From assembly GCF_030144855.1 (NCBI RefSeq), contig NC_082713.1, positions 21,266,001 to 21,330,000 of the forward strand: a DNA stretch of 64,000 bases, read 5' to 3'. Position 1 is the stretch's first letter. Each line of letters starts with the position of its first letter. Both the position numbers and the translations under genes were made by a program. The notes under the pieces were generated by a model that ran no database searches, was not told the origin of the DNA, and saw only the letters and a list, made by a program, of their open reading frames with translations. This stretch comes from Hypanus sabinus. Its lineage: Eukaryota. Positions 63,880 to 64,000 of the stretch are shown here, in pieces.

Positions 63880-64000
63880 ACGAGCAAATCAGCCGATGCT
63901 GGAAATCCAAAGGAACACCTACAAAATGCTGACGGAACTGAGCAGGTCAGGTGGCATATGTGGAAAATATTAAACAGTCGACATTTTGGGCTGATGGGAG
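63880..64000 (-). mobile_element. Penelope terminal repeat at the window edge
   Basis: gatgctggaaatcc...caaaatgctg..gaactgagcagg...cagtcgac. Confidence 0.7.

Overview
Repeat-dominated, AT-rich vertebrate genomic DNA with no host protein-coding exon that I can recognise, so probably intergenic or a large intron. The repeat repertoire (V-SINE/HE1-like SINEs, CR1, Rex1/Babar, Penelope, Tc1, mariner, hAT) points by inference to a cartilaginous fish, probably a ray. Main contents: (1) a near-complete, GC-rich Ty3/Gypsy provirus on the minus strand (8379-12518) with CsRN1-lineage hallmarks: tRNA-Trp PBS, CHCC Gag knuckle, GGGAAAC -1 frameshift site plus hairpin, and an integrase deletion; (2) the 3' end and LTR of a second Gypsy element at the window start; (3) a decayed Penelope-like RT/GIY-YIG element and about 15 short copies of its terminal repeat. 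These carry a minimal type I hammerhead ribozyme (one copy with a fully intact core at 12721-12758), often occur as fold-back inverted pairs, and one such pair has its own target-site duplication; (4) a second hammerhead-bearing repeat family at about 61.8 kb; (5) a four-level nested insertion CR1 > solo LTR > Rex1(-) > Rex1(+); (6) R4/Dong-like, mariner, Tc1, Charlie4-like hAT and RTE-tailed elements. Almost all listed ORFs are transposon remnants or chance ORFs. Boundaries of decayed repeats are approximate. Family names come from motif recognition and memory, not database searches.
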